From: an uncultured Pelagibacteraceae bacterium
Lineage (GTDB): Bacteria; Pseudomonadota; Alphaproteobacteria; Pelagibacterales; Pelagibacteraceae
NCBI GenBank assembly: GCA_902555465.1
Contig: CACDSN010000004.1
Location: forward strand, 14,860-78,859
Direction: 5' to 3'
Length of the DNA: 64,000 bases
Position numbers and translations under genes: made by a program
The notes under the pieces: generated by a model
What the model saw: the letters and a program-made list of their open reading frames with translations, nothing else
Told to the model about the DNA's origin: nothing
The model's database searches: none
In this document: positions 17,953 to 27,566 of the stretch, piece by piece
How the letters are laid out: every line of letters starts with the position of its first letter
Numbering within the stretch: the stretch's first letter is position 1

Positions 17953-19332
17953 ATGAAAAAATGGAAATTAAATAGCTGGAGAAACTATCCTGTAAAACAC
18001 ATCCCAACTTATGAGGATGAAAAGGAATTGAATTCTGTTTTAAACAGATTGAAAAATTTTCCTCCTTTAGTTTTTGCTGGTGAAACAAGACATCTTAAAC
18101 AACAACTAGCTGATGTTGTAGATGGAAAAGCTTTTTTATTGCAAGGTGGCGACTGTGCAGAAAGTTTTGCAGAATTTAATCCTGATAATATTAGGGATTA
18201 CTTTAAAGTGATGCTTCAGATGTCATTAGTTCTTACTTATTCAGCTTCTCTTCCAGTAGTAAAGTTGGGGCGAATAGCTGGACAATTTTCTAAACCAAGA
18301 AGTGCATCAACAGAAAAACAAGGCGATTTAGAATTACCTAGTTATTTAGGCGACAATATTAATGGAATAGAATTTTCAGAGAAATCAAGAAAACCAGATC
18401 CAAAAAGATTGTTTAAAGCATATTCTCAAGCTGCATCAACCTTAAATTTAATTAGAGCTTTTTGTCATGGTGGATTTGCGGATCTTAAAAAAGTACATTT
18501 ATGGAACTTAGGATATATAAAGAATAGTCCGCAAGCAGCAAAATTTAAAGAACTTGAGGATAAGATTGCAGATGCATTAGCATTTATGGATGCATGTGGA
18601 ATAACTTCAGAATTTAACAGAAGATTAAAAACAGTAAACTTTTGGACTTCACATGAAGCTTTACTTCTTCCATTCGAAGAAAGTATGACGAGAGTCGACT
18701 CAACTACAGGTGAGTATCATGATACATCAGCACATTTTGTTTGGATAGGTGATAGAACAAGACAAATAGATGGTGGACACGTAGAATTCTGTAGAGGAAT
18801 AGAAAATCCAATCGGAATAAAATGTGGTCCAACATCAGACCCAGATGAAATTGTAAAAATTTGTAATTTAATAAATCCAAAAAATGATAAAGGGAAAATT
18901 ACTTTAATTTCTAGATTTGGACATGATAAGGTAGAAAAGTTTTTGGCAAAATTAATCAGAAAAATTAAAAAAGAAGGCATTCATGTAGTCTGGTCATGCG
19001 ACCCAATGCATGGCAATACTATAAAGTCAACAACAGGATTTAAGACAAGACCATTTAATAATGTACTTAAAGAAGTTAAAAATGTATTTGGTGTTCATCA
19101 ATCAGAGGGAACATTTGCAGGGGGCCTACATATAGAAATGACAGGACAGAATGTGACAGAATGTACGGGAGGTGCTCAGAAAATATCAGATCAGGATTTA
19201 TCTAGCAGATATCACACACATTGTGACCCAAGACTTAACTCAAATCAAGCCCTCGAGCTTGCTTTCTTGATATCTGACGAGATTAAAAAAAATACAATTT
19301 ACAGCAGGACAAAAATACAAGCTGTATCTTAA
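17953..19332 (+). CDS. class II (plant-like) 3-deoxy-7-phosphoheptulonate (DAHP) synthase
   Basis: About 459 aa. W..SWR...Q.P.Y near the N-terminus, plus GGDCAE and KPRS motifs, are typical of class II DAHP synthases. The track start is a TTG at 17947; the ATG at 17953 is preferred. Confidence 0.9.
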   Translation: MKKWKLNSWRNYPVKHIPTYEDEKELNSVLNRLKNFPPLVFAGETRHLKQQLADVVDGKAFLLQGGDCAESFAEFNPDNIRDYFKVMLQMSLVLTYSASLPVVKLGRIAGQFSKPRSASTEKQGDLELPSYLGDNINGIEFSEKSRKPDPKRLFKAYSQAASTLNLIRAFCHGGFADLKKVHLWNLGYIKNSPQAAKFKELEDKIADALAFMDACGITSEFNRRLKTVNFWTSHEALLLPFEESMTRVDSTTGEYHDTSAHFVWIGDRTRQIDGGHVEFCRGIENPIGIKCGPTSDPDEIVKICNLINPKNDKGKITLISRFGHDKVEKFLAKLIRKIKKEGIHVVWSCDPMHGNTIKSTTGFKTRPFNNVLKEVKNVFGVHQSEGTFAGGLHIEMTGQNVTECTGGAQKISDQDLSSRYHTHCDPRLNSNQALELAFLISDEIKKNTIYSRTKIQAVS

Positions 19333-19356
19333 AAAAAAATCCTTATTATCAGCTTT

Positions 19357-20094
19357 ATGAATACTAAAGAAAAAATTAATTTTATTTCTAACTGGATTAG
19401 AAGTTATATAAAAAATATGCCTAAAAGTGCCAAATCTTTAATAATAGGTGTTTCTGGAGGTATAGATTCTTCTGTTTCAAGTACTCTAAGTGCAATGACG
19501 GGTTTAAAAACTATTGTTTTATGCATGCCAATTAAACAACATAAATCACAACACGATTTAAGTATTAAACATAAAGACTGGTTAATCAAAAATTTTAATA
19601 ATGTAGAAGGTCATGTAATTGAACTAGATGATTTATTTAAATCATTTGAAAATAATTTATCAAATTTTAAAAATGACCATGGTTTTGCAAATTCAAGAGC
19701 CAGACTCAGAATGACAACACTTTATCAAGTAGCAGCTGCAAATAATGGAATAGTTGTAGGAACTGGCAATAAAGTAGAAGATTTTGGAGTGGGCTTTTAT
19801 ACAAAATATGGAGATGGTGGAGTAGATATTTCACCTATAGCAGATTGTAGTAAAACTGAGATTTGGGAAATTGGAAAAGAATTAAACATTTTAGAAGAAA
19901 TAATTCATGCACCGCCAACAGATGGATTATGGGATGATGGAAGAACAGATGAAGGACAATTAGGCATGAGTTACAAGGATATTGAAGCAGCAATGAATGA
20001 TCCAAAATCCCCAAATAGGGAAAAATATGAAAAAATAAGGCTTACAAATCTTCATAAAATGGAGCCTATTCCAGTTTGTATAATTCCTAGATAA
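19357..20094 (+). CDS. nadE: NH3-dependent NAD+ synthetase
   Basis: 245 aa with the PP-loop GVSGGIDSS. There is no glutaminase domain. Confidence 0.85.
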   Translation: MNTKEKINFISNWIRSYIKNMPKSAKSLIIGVSGGIDSSVSSTLSAMTGLKTIVLCMPIKQHKSQHDLSIKHKDWLIKNFNNVEGHVIELDDLFKSFENNLSNFKNDHGFANSRARLRMTTLYQVAAANNGIVVGTGNKVEDFGVGFYTKYGDGGVDISPIADCSKTEIWEIGKELNILEEIIHAPPTDGLWDDGRTDEGQLGMSYKDIEAAMNDPKSPNREKYEKIRLTNLHKMEPIPVCIIPR

Positions 20095-20101
20095 TCTAGG
20101 A
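20085..20101. promoter_or_regulatory. perfect 17-bp palindrome spanning the nadE stop codon
   Basis: TCCTAGAT-A-ATCTAGGA has 8-bp arms. A third half-site, TCCTAGA, lies at 20128-20134, 5 nt before the cysS ATG. The 9-mer ATTCCTAGA is directly repeated at 20083-20091 and 20126-20134. Confidence 0.35.
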
Positions 20102-20138
20102 TTCACAAAACACATAATTCAGTATATTCCTAGAAATA

Positions 20139-21500
20139 ATGAGTAAAGATATATTTTTAACTAATTCTTTTGGAAATAAGAAAGAAAAATTCAAACCAAT
20201 TGATCCAAAAAAAATAGGCATGTATGTATGTGGACCAACTGTATATGATGATCCTCACATTGGCAATGCAAGACCTTTAGTTATTTTTGATATCTTATTT
20301 AAGATTTTAAAATCAAAATTTAATAACAGTTTAATTATATATGTAAGAAATATTACTGATGTTGATGATAAAATTATTATTACCTCAAAAGAAAAAAAAA
20401 TACCTATTTCTGAACTCACAAATAAAATTATCAATAATTTTCATAAAGATTGTGATTATTTATTTTGCGAAAAACCAACTCATGAACCAAAAGCGACAGA
20501 GAATATAGATCTAATGATTAAAATGATATCAGATTTAATTTCTAAGGGATATGCTTATGAAAAAAATAGCCATGTTTATTTTGAAGTAGAAAAATTTAAA
20601 GATTATGGAAAATTATCAAACAAAAACTTAGATGAACTAGTTGCAGGTTCGAGAGTAGTTGTCTCAAAAAATAAAATTAACCCTGCAGATTTCGTATTGT
20701 GGAAGCCCTCTAAAGATGACGAACCTTCATGGCCATCACCTTGGGGCAATGGTAGGCCCGGTTGGCATCTTGAATGTTCAGTAATGTCTAAAAAATTTTT
20801 AGACAATGAATTTGATATCCATGGAGGCGGTAGAGATTTAATTTTTCCTCATCATGAAAATGAAATAGCTCAATCAAGATGTGCAAATGATACAAAATCA
20901 TTTGCAAAATACTGGATACATAATGGATTTATTACAATGTCTAATGAAAAAATGGCTAAATCACAGGGCAATATTTTAAAAATCAGTGACTTTAAGAATA
21001 AAATTAGCGGACAAGTATTAAGATTAGCTTTAATTAATACTCATTATAGACAACCTTTAGATTGGAATGATGAATTAATTAAGAATTGTCAAAATATATT
21101 AGATAAATGGTACTCAGTTTATACAAAGGTAAATCAAACATATTCTTTGCCAAATGAAATTTTGGAGTCTTTGTTTGATGACATTAATACCCCAGGTTAT
21201 ATCGCAAAATTACACGAACTTTATAATTTAGCAAATAAAGGAGATGATAAAGATAAACAATTATTTATTAAAGCATGTAATTTTATTGGTTTGCTTGTTG
21301 AAGATAAAGAAACATGGAATTCATATAAAATGGTAAATATTAAGATTTCTAAAAGCGAGATACTAAACAAAATAAAGACGAGAAATATAGCAAGAAAAAA
21401 CAAAGATTTTGAATTAGCTGATAAGATTAGAAATGAATTATTTGAAAATGGTATTCTAATTGAAGACAAAGATGATACAACGTTATGGAAATACAAATGA
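20139..21500 (+). CDS. cysS: cysteine--tRNA ligase
   Basis: 453 aa. HIGN (HIGH-type) and KMAKSQGN (KMSKS-type) class I motifs, with Zn-ligand Cys residues. Confidence 0.95.
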   Translation: MSKDIFLTNSFGNKKEKFKPIDPKKIGMYVCGPTVYDDPHIGNARPLVIFDILFKILKSKFNNSLIIYVRNITDVDDKIIITSKEKKIPISELTNKIINNFHKDCDYLFCEKPTHEPKATENIDLMIKMISDLISKGYAYEKNSHVYFEVEKFKDYGKLSNKNLDELVAGSRVVVSKNKINPADFVLWKPSKDDEPSWPSPWGNGRPGWHLECSVMSKKFLDNEFDIHGGGRDLIFPHHENEIAQSRCANDTKSFAKYWIHNGFITMSNEKMAKSQGNILKISDFKNKISGQVLRLALINTHYRQPLDWNDELIKNCQNILDKWYSVYTKVNQTYSLPNEILESLFDDINTPGYIAKLHELYNLANKGDDKDKQLFIKACNFIGLLVEDKETWNSYKMVNIKISKSEILNKIKTRNIARKNKDFELADKIRNELFENGILIEDKDDTTLWKYK

Positions 21501-23095
21501 GTAAAGAGAAATTATACATATTTGATACTACTTTAAGAGATGGAGCACAAACTCAGGGTGTAGATTTTTCAATTGATGAGAAAATTAAAATTGCAGAGGC
21601 TTTAGATATTCTAGGAGTTGATTATATAGAAGGTGGATGGCCTGGTGCAAATCCAACAGACACAGAATTTTTTCAAAAAGTAAATAAATTTAAAAATTCA
21701 ACATTAACTGCCTTTGGAATGACTAAAAAAGTTGGAAGAAGTGCTGAAAATGATCCTGGGCTTTCTGCATTACTAAATACAAATGCTCCAGCAATTTGTT
21801 TAGTTGGTAAATCATGGGATTTTCATGTTGATGTGGCCCTAGGTATTTCTAAAGACGAAAACTTAGAAAATATTTCTGAAAGCGCTAAACATTTTGTTTC
21901 TCAAAAAAAAGAATTTATGTTCGATGCAGAACATTTTTTTGATGGTTATAAAAATAACAAAGAATATGCACTTTCTTGTATAAAAGCAGCCTATGAAAAT
22001 GGTGCAAGGTGGGTAGTGCTTTGTGATACAAATGGTGGAACCTTACCAAACGAAATATTTGAAATTATAACAGAAGTGAAGAAAGTTATACCTGGAGGAA
22101 ATTTAGGAATTCATGCACATAATGATACAGAAAACGCAGTTTCAAATTCACTTTCTGCAGTACTTGCGGGTGTAAGACAAATCCAAGGAACCATTAATGG
22201 TTTGGGCGAGAGATGTGGAAATGCAAATTTAATGTCAGTTATTCCAAGTTTATATTTAAAAAAAGTTTTTAAAGATAAATTTGAAATTAATATTAAAGAA
22301 AAAAATATTAAAAATCTTACGCAATGTTCAAGATTGTTAGATGAAATATTAAATAGAAAACCAAATCAACACTTACCATATGTTGGTGCTTCAGCATTTT
22401 CTCACAAAGGTGGTTTACACGTATCAGCAGTTCAAAAAGATCCAAGAACTTATGAGCATATTAAACCAGAATTAGTGGGCAATTCAAGAAGCATTGTAGT
22501 TTCAGATCAATCAGGCAAATCTAATATAATTTCCAGGTTAAACTCTATTGGTATAGAATTTGAGGAAAACGATCCAAAGATTAAAAAATTATTAGATGAG
22601 GTAAAAGGAAGAGAATTCATTGGGTACAGTTATGATGGTGCAGATGCTTCTTTTGAATTATTAGCTAGGAGAATAATAGGAACAATACCCAGATATATTT
22701 CTATTAACGATTATGAAGTAACAGTTAAAAAAAAAACTGATCAAATCATATCTTTTGCAAAAGCCACATTGGTTGTTGATAATAACTCGATTGTTTGCGA
22801 AGGTGAAGGAAATGGTCCAGTGCATGCATTAGACAACGCAATAAGAAATAATATTGATAAGTTAGCCAAATATTCTGAATATTTAAAAGATTTAAAACTA
22901 GTAGATTATAAAGTAAGAATTCTTAACACGGGGACTGAGGCAACAACGAGAGTATCTATTGAAAGTACAGACTCTAAGGGAAAAAATTGGTTTACAATTG
23001 GGGTTTCTCCAAACATTATTGATGCATCATTTAAAGCCTTAGTTGATAGCTTGGACTATAAATTATTCAAAGATAACGCTCCTGCTAGTACGTAA
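21497..23095 (+). CDS. cimA: citramalate synthase / 2-isopropylmalate synthase family (LeuA type 2)
   Basis: IFDTTLRDGAQTQGVDFS HMGL-like barrel, HAHND metal motif, and a C-terminal LeuA-dimer regulatory domain. The ATG at 21497 gives an ATGA overlap with the cysS stop; the track start at 21485 is also possible. Confidence 0.8.
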   Translation: MSKEKLYIFDTTLRDGAQTQGVDFSIDEKIKIAEALDILGVDYIEGGWPGANPTDTEFFQKVNKFKNSTLTAFGMTKKVGRSAENDPGLSALLNTNAPAICLVGKSWDFHVDVALGISKDENLENISESAKHFVSQKKEFMFDAEHFFDGYKNNKEYALSCIKAAYENGARWVVLCDTNGGTLPNEIFEIITEVKKVIPGGNLGIHAHNDTENAVSNSLSAVLAGVRQIQGTINGLGERCGNANLMSVIPSLYLKKVFKDKFEINIKEKNIKNLTQCSRLLDEILNRKPNQHLPYVGASAFSHKGGLHVSAVQKDPRTYEHIKPELVGNSRSIVVSDQSGKSNIISRLNSIGIEFEENDPKIKKLLDEVKGREFIGYSYDGADASFELLARRIIGTIPRYISINDYEVTVKKKTDQIISFAKATLVVDNNSIVCEGEGNGPVHALDNAIRNNIDKLAKYSEYLKDLKLVDYKVRILNTGTEATTRVSIESTDSKGKNWFTIGVSPNIIDASFKALVDSLDYKLFKDNAPAST

Positions 23096-23814
23096 TGTCA
23101 TTTAATAATATTTCATTTATTTTACATAAACCCCAACTATCAGAAAATATAGGCGCATGCGCAAGAGCAATTAAAAATTTTAGTTTTAGTAAATTGTTAT
23201 TAATTAATCCTAAACCTATTTTTCCTAATGATAAAATACTAGCAACGTCGGTTGGAGCCAAAGATATTATTAAAAAAGCTAATGTATTTAATAATATAGA
23301 GGACTCATTAAATAAACTTGATATTTTAATAGCTACATCTGCAAGATTTAGAAATAAAAATATTTCACATATAACTTTAGCTGATCTTAATAAGATCGAT
23401 TTCTCCAAAAAAATTGGTTTTTTGTTTGGATCAGAAGCCTCAGGGTTATCTAACAATGAGGTAAGTTATGCGGATTATACACTTCAGATACCAACAAGTA
23501 CAAATTTTAGATCATTGAATTTATCACATAGTCTAATAATTATTGCACAAACAGTAAGCGAACTAATTACAAAAAAAAATATTATATTTAAAAGATCTAA
23601 AAAAATTAAAAATGCTTCCAAAAAAGATATAAATAACATGCTTTCCTTATGTATAAAAAATTTAGAAGAAATACATTTTTTCCATCCTTCCGAAAAAAAA
23701 CCAATTATGATAGAAAATTTAAGAAGTATTTTTTTTAGGTTAAATTTATCTAAAAAAGAAACTCGCATATTATCAAGTGTATTTGCTTGTTTAGGTAAAA
23801 AAAAGGTTGATTGA
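23095..23814 (+). CDS. SpoU/TrmH-family RNA 2'-O-methyltransferase (TrmJ/LasT-like)
   Basis: 239 aa. N-terminal SPOUT domain (NIGACARAIKNF, FLFGSEASGLSN, IPT...SLNLSHS) with a C-terminal helical extension. Confidence 0.7.
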   Translation: MSFNNISFILHKPQLSENIGACARAIKNFSFSKLLLINPKPIFPNDKILATSVGAKDIIKKANVFNNIEDSLNKLDILIATSARFRNKNISHITLADLNKIDFSKKIGFLFGSEASGLSNNEVSYADYTLQIPTSTNFRSLNLSHSLIIIAQTVSELITKKNIIFKRSKKIKNASKKDINNMLSLCIKNLEEIHFFHPSEKKPIMIENLRSIFFRLNLSKKETRILSSVFACLGKKKVD

Positions 23815-23838
23815 CAAAACTAAACTTGTGCTTATAAA
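23811..23838 (+). promoter_or_regulatory. candidate sigma70-type promoter for rpsD
   Basis: Consensus -35 TTGACA (23811-23816), 16-nt spacer, -10 TATAAA (23833-23838). The predicted start site is only about 5-6 nt before the rpsD ATG, and no Shine-Dalgarno is visible. Confidence 0.4.
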
Positions 23839-23850
23839 GCGATTTATTCG

Positions 23851-24468
23851 ATGACAAAAAGATTAAATTCTAAACATAAAGTAGATAGAAGGCTGAGAGT
23901 AAACTTGTGGGGAAGACCAAAAAGCCCATTTAACTCAAGAGCTTACCCACCAGGTCAGCATGGACAAACTAAGTCAGCTAAACCCTCAGATTTTGGTGTT
24001 CAATTACAAGCAAAACAAAAATTAAAATCTTATTATGGGAACATGAATGAGAGACAATTTAGAAATTTATATAAAAAAGCTATTATGGCAAAAGGAAACA
24101 CAGCCGAGAATCTTATTGGATTATTAGAAAGAAGATTAGACGCAGTTGTATATCGATCTAAATTTGCAAACACGATTTTTTCATCAAGACAATTAATCAA
24201 TCACGGTCATGTAAAAGTTAACGGAAAAAAAGTAAATATTTCAAGTTATCAAGTCAAAGAAGAAGATTCTATTGAAATAAGAGACAAATCAAAACAACTT
24301 GCAATAATTGACGTAGCACTAGCAAATAAAGAGAGAGAAGTTCCCGAATATATACAGTCTGATGAAAAAAATAAAAAAGTTAAATTTGTTAGAATTCCAA
24401 AGTTTGAAGAGGTCCCATATCCAGTTGTGATGGAGCCTAACCTAGTTATTGAATATTATTCAAGATAA
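23851..24468 (+). CDS. rpsD: 30S ribosomal protein S4
   Basis: 205 aa. The N-terminal basic region plus S4 RNA-binding domain (LERRLD.VVYR) is unmistakable. Confidence 0.95.
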   Translation: MTKRLNSKHKVDRRLRVNLWGRPKSPFNSRAYPPGQHGQTKSAKPSDFGVQLQAKQKLKSYYGNMNERQFRNLYKKAIMAKGNTAENLIGLLERRLDAVVYRSKFANTIFSSRQLINHGHVKVNGKKVNISSYQVKEEDSIEIRDKSKQLAIIDVALANKEREVPEYIQSDEKNKKVKFVRIPKFEEVPYPVVMEPNLVIEYYSR

Positions 24469-24474
24469 AAACTA

Positions 24475-25161
24475 ATGAGTCCAATCCAATATGATGGATT
24501 TGAATTAGAACATTTTGATTCAGCATATAATTTTAGAAAATATCAAGTTTCATTAATTAAAGATTATTTAAAAGGAAAATTATTGGAAGTAGGACCAGGA
24601 AAAGGTGGTTTAACATTTTTTTATAGTAAATTTGTAAACAAGCCAACGTTAATTGAACCAGAAAAAAAACTTTACAAATTATTAAAAAAAAAATTTAAAA
24701 ATAAAAATTTCATTATTAAAAACTATACAATTGATAAAATAAAAAATAAATTTGATACTATTATTTATTTTGATGTATTGGAGCATATTGAAAATGATTT
24801 ACACGAAATTATATCGGCAAGGAAAAAATTAAAAAAAAATAAATATTTAATTTTTAGCGTACCAGCATATCAATCATTTTATAGTAGTTTTGATAAATCT
24901 GTAGGCCACTTTAAAAGATATAATAAAAAAGATTTTATATTAATTTCAAAAAAAACTGGACTTAAAATTGACAAATTAATTTACTATGATTCTATTGGTT
25001 TTTTATTACTTGTTTTAAACAGATTTTTTTCTTTAAATCAGACAAGTTTAAAGAAAAAATTATTTTTTTGGAACCTATTAATACCATTATCAAAATTAAT
25101 TGATTTTTTAACATTTAATAAATTTGGTAAATCATTATTGTGTGTATTTAAAAATGATTAA
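24475..25161 (+). CDS. class I SAM-dependent methyltransferase
   Basis: 228 aa. SAM motif I is LLEVGPGKGG, followed by a FDVLEHIEND segment. The C-terminal third is hydrophobic. Confidence 0.65.
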   Translation: MSPIQYDGFELEHFDSAYNFRKYQVSLIKDYLKGKLLEVGPGKGGLTFFYSKFVNKPTLIEPEKKLYKLLKKKFKNKNFIIKNYTIDKIKNKFDTIIYFDVLEHIENDLHEIISARKKLKKNKYLIFSVPAYQSFYSSFDKSVGHFKRYNKKDFILISKKTGLKIDKLIYYDSIGFLLLVLNRFFSLNQTSLKKKLFFWNLLIPLSKLIDFLTFNKFGKSLLCVFKND

Positions 25162-26737
25162 TTACAAAAATATTTTACTTACAATAATTTTTAGTATTTA
25201 TTTTTTAACAGGACTATATTTATCTGTTACAACTGGAATATCTCATGATCAATATCATGAACAATTAAATTGGCAAATAAATTTTCAAGCTATTAAAGGA
25301 TTATTTGAAAATAATGGAAACTATAAAATTCTTACTCAATATTTAGATAGATATCATGGAATTGCATTTCACTATATTTCACAACCGATTCAATTTTTAA
25401 TTTTTGAAAGTGTAGCTAAATTTAATAAAATAACTCTTGAAGGAGCATATTTAATTTCAAGACATGTACCTGTTTATTTAATTTTTTGCTTATCAGGATA
25501 TTTTTTTTACCTGTTAAGTTATAAAATTTCTAATAATAAAAATTTTTCACTTATTTGTATTAGTTTATTTTATCTTTATCCTTATTTGTTTGGTCATGCT
25601 TTAATAAATGGAAAAGATATACCATTTATGTCTATTTGGATTATATCAACATATTTTTTATTCATTCTAATTGAAAAATTTTACCACGATAATGAAATTA
25701 AAATTAAAGAAATTTTTATTATATCATTTTTGACTGCATTTTTAATAAGCATTAGAATTACTGGCATATTAATATTACTTGAATATTTAATTGCAATTAT
25801 CATTTTAACAAACGTAAAAAAAACTAATTTGCTATGGTTTTTAAATGTTAACAAAATTAACTTTCTGTACTTTATAATTTTTTCATTATTTTTTATTTAC
25901 ATATTAAATCCAGTTTTTTGGCTTAATCCTATGGAATTTTTTAATTCGATTTCATGGATGGGCAAGTACTATCATGATATTTGCACATTGACTCTTGGAA
26001 GTTGCATGGATGCATTAAATTTACCCTCAAGCTATATTTTTATTTGGTTGTTTTTTAAACTTCCGTTAATAATTTTACTAGGGTTGATTTTTTTTCCATT
26101 AATTGAAAATAAAATCTTTAATGATGGTTTGAAAACAATTTTTTACGGAATACTTTCTTTTACAGTAATTACGTTATTATTTATTTTTATTATTAAGAAC
26201 GTTGCATTATATGACGAAATAAGACATTTAATTTTTTTAATACCATTTATATTTTTGATAGGACTATATAATATTTTTATTTTAAATAAAAAGTTACTTT
26301 ATTTTTTCTCAATAATTGTAATATTTTTTTTTATTTTTGAAAATATTTCTTTAAAAAATTATCAATATACATGGATAAACTCACTAGCTAAATTTACAAA
26401 CATACAGAAAAATTTTGAGGTTGATTATTGGGGAATAAGTGGAAAAGAACTTAGTAAAAAAATAGTAAATCACTCTGAAAAAATAGATTTTGATAAACAA
26501 AATTGTATTTATGGAGGTCAGTACACCAATATATACTTAGAAAAATTTAATTATAATTGCTTTAAATCTTATAGTGCTCTTGATGCCGCTAAGAAAAGAC
26601 CTTACTATGTATTACAAAATGTTAGAAATATTAAAAGATCTAATCCCAAGGATTGTAAATTGATTTATAGCGAAGGTTATACCTACACATTCATGAAAAA
26701 TAAAATCAAAACTGGAATTTTGTGGTACTGTGATTAA
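25154..26737 (+). CDS. polytopic membrane protein with GT-C-like (ArnT/PMT-type glycosyltransferase) architecture
   Basis: About 527 aa, with more than 10 hydrophobic helices followed by a soluble C-terminal domain of about 130 aa. The ATG at 25154 overlaps the upstream stop (ATGATTAA); the track start is 25124. The family call rests on architecture only. Confidence 0.5.
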   Translation: MINYKNILLTIIFSIYFLTGLYLSVTTGISHDQYHEQLNWQINFQAIKGLFENNGNYKILTQYLDRYHGIAFHYISQPIQFLIFESVAKFNKITLEGAYLISRHVPVYLIFCLSGYFFYLLSYKISNNKNFSLICISLFYLYPYLFGHALINGKDIPFMSIWIISTYFLFILIEKFYHDNEIKIKEIFIISFLTAFLISIRITGILILLEYLIAIIILTNVKKTNLLWFLNVNKINFLYFIIFSLFFIYILNPVFWLNPMEFFNSISWMGKYYHDICTLTLGSCMDALNLPSSYIFIWLFFKLPLIILLGLIFFPLIENKIFNDGLKTIFYGILSFTVITLLFIFIIKNVALYDEIRHLIFLIPFIFLIGLYNIFILNKKLLYFFSIIVIFFFIFENISLKNYQYTWINSLAKFTNIQKNFEVDYWGISGKELSKKIVNHSEKIDFDKQNCIYGGQYTNIYLEKFNYNCFKSYSALDAAKKRPYYVLQNVRNIKRSNPKDCKLIYSEGYTYTFMKNKIKTGILWYCD

Positions 26738-27006
26738 TTGTTTTTCTCTGCTTCAGCTAATTCCAAAGCAATTTTATTTAAAAAATCGTTTATTAATTTT
26801 GCGTCTTCTTTAGACAAATATCTTTCCTTCTTAATTGCTTTTTTTAATTCTTCTCGAATTTTATCAACACCATCTTTTCTTCCTTCTTTGCTTAATAGTA
26901 TGTCACTTTTAGATGTTATATTTTTAATTTGTTTAGCAATGGTAAGTTCATAAACTAATACAATGGCAATTACAGCAATTACAGTTTTATAAATAAAACT
27001 TTTCAT
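26734..27006 (-). CDS. hypothetical small membrane-anchored Lys/Glu-rich helical protein
   Basis: 90 aa. An N-terminal hydrophobic helix (TVIAVIAIVLVY) precedes a charged helical region. Its ATG overlaps the grxD stop (ATGA), which suggests translational coupling. No family was recognised. Confidence 0.4.
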   Translation of the reverse strand: MKSFIYKTVIAVIAIVLVYELTIAKQIKNITSKSDILLSKEGRKDGVDKIREELKKAIKKERYLSKEDAKLINDFLNKIALELAEAEKNN

Positions 27007-27335
27007 GATTTAAAAGAAATGTTCTTGCTATCAAAAACTTTTTTAAGCTCTCCATTCTCATACATTTCTTTTACAATATCACATCCACCAATAAATTCAT
27101 TTTTAACATACAACTGAGGAATTGTGGGCCAATCACTATATTTTTTAATACCTTCTCTTAGGTTTTGATTTTCTAAAACATTAACTCCTTTAAAATTTAC
27201 TTCTAATATTTTTAAAATATTTGAAACAGCCATTGAAAAACCACATTGAGGAGCGTCTGGCGTTCCTTTCATAAATAAGCAAACATCGTTGTTTTCTATT
27301 TCTTTTTTAATTAATTCATTAGTTTGTTGATCCAT
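27003..27335 (-). CDS. grxD: monothiol glutaredoxin (Grx4 family)
   Basis: 110 aa with the CGFS active site (PQCGFS), plus WPTIPQLYV and GGCDI motifs. Confidence 0.9.
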   Translation of the reverse strand: MDQQTNELIKKEIENNDVCLFMKGTPDAPQCGFSMAVSNILKILEVNFKGVNVLENQNLREGIKKYSDWPTIPQLYVKNEFIGGCDIVKEMYENGELKKVFDSKNISFKS

Positions 27336-27566
27336 TTAAATCTCCTTTGTTTTAATTGCTAATGCATGAAGTTCATTACCCATTTTTCCTTTTAATGAAT
27401 TATAAACCATTTTGTGCTGTTCTATTTTACTTTTACCTGAAAATTGAGGTGATGTAACTGTTGCTGAATAATGATTACCATCACCAGCTAAATCTTGAAT
27501 TTCAATTGTTGCTTCAGGCATAGCTTCTTTAATTAAATTCTCAATTTCTTTTAAATCCATTGCCAT
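27336..27566 (-). CDS. bolA: BolA-family protein
   Basis: 76 aa with G.HY...V.S..F.G......H..VY and an alpha/beta BolA-like pattern. It is adjacent to grxD, a known partner. Confidence 0.8.
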   Translation of the reverse strand: MAMDLKEIENLIKEAMPEATIEIQDLAGDGNHYSATVTSPQFSGKSKIEQHKMVYNSLKGKMGNELHALAIKTKEI

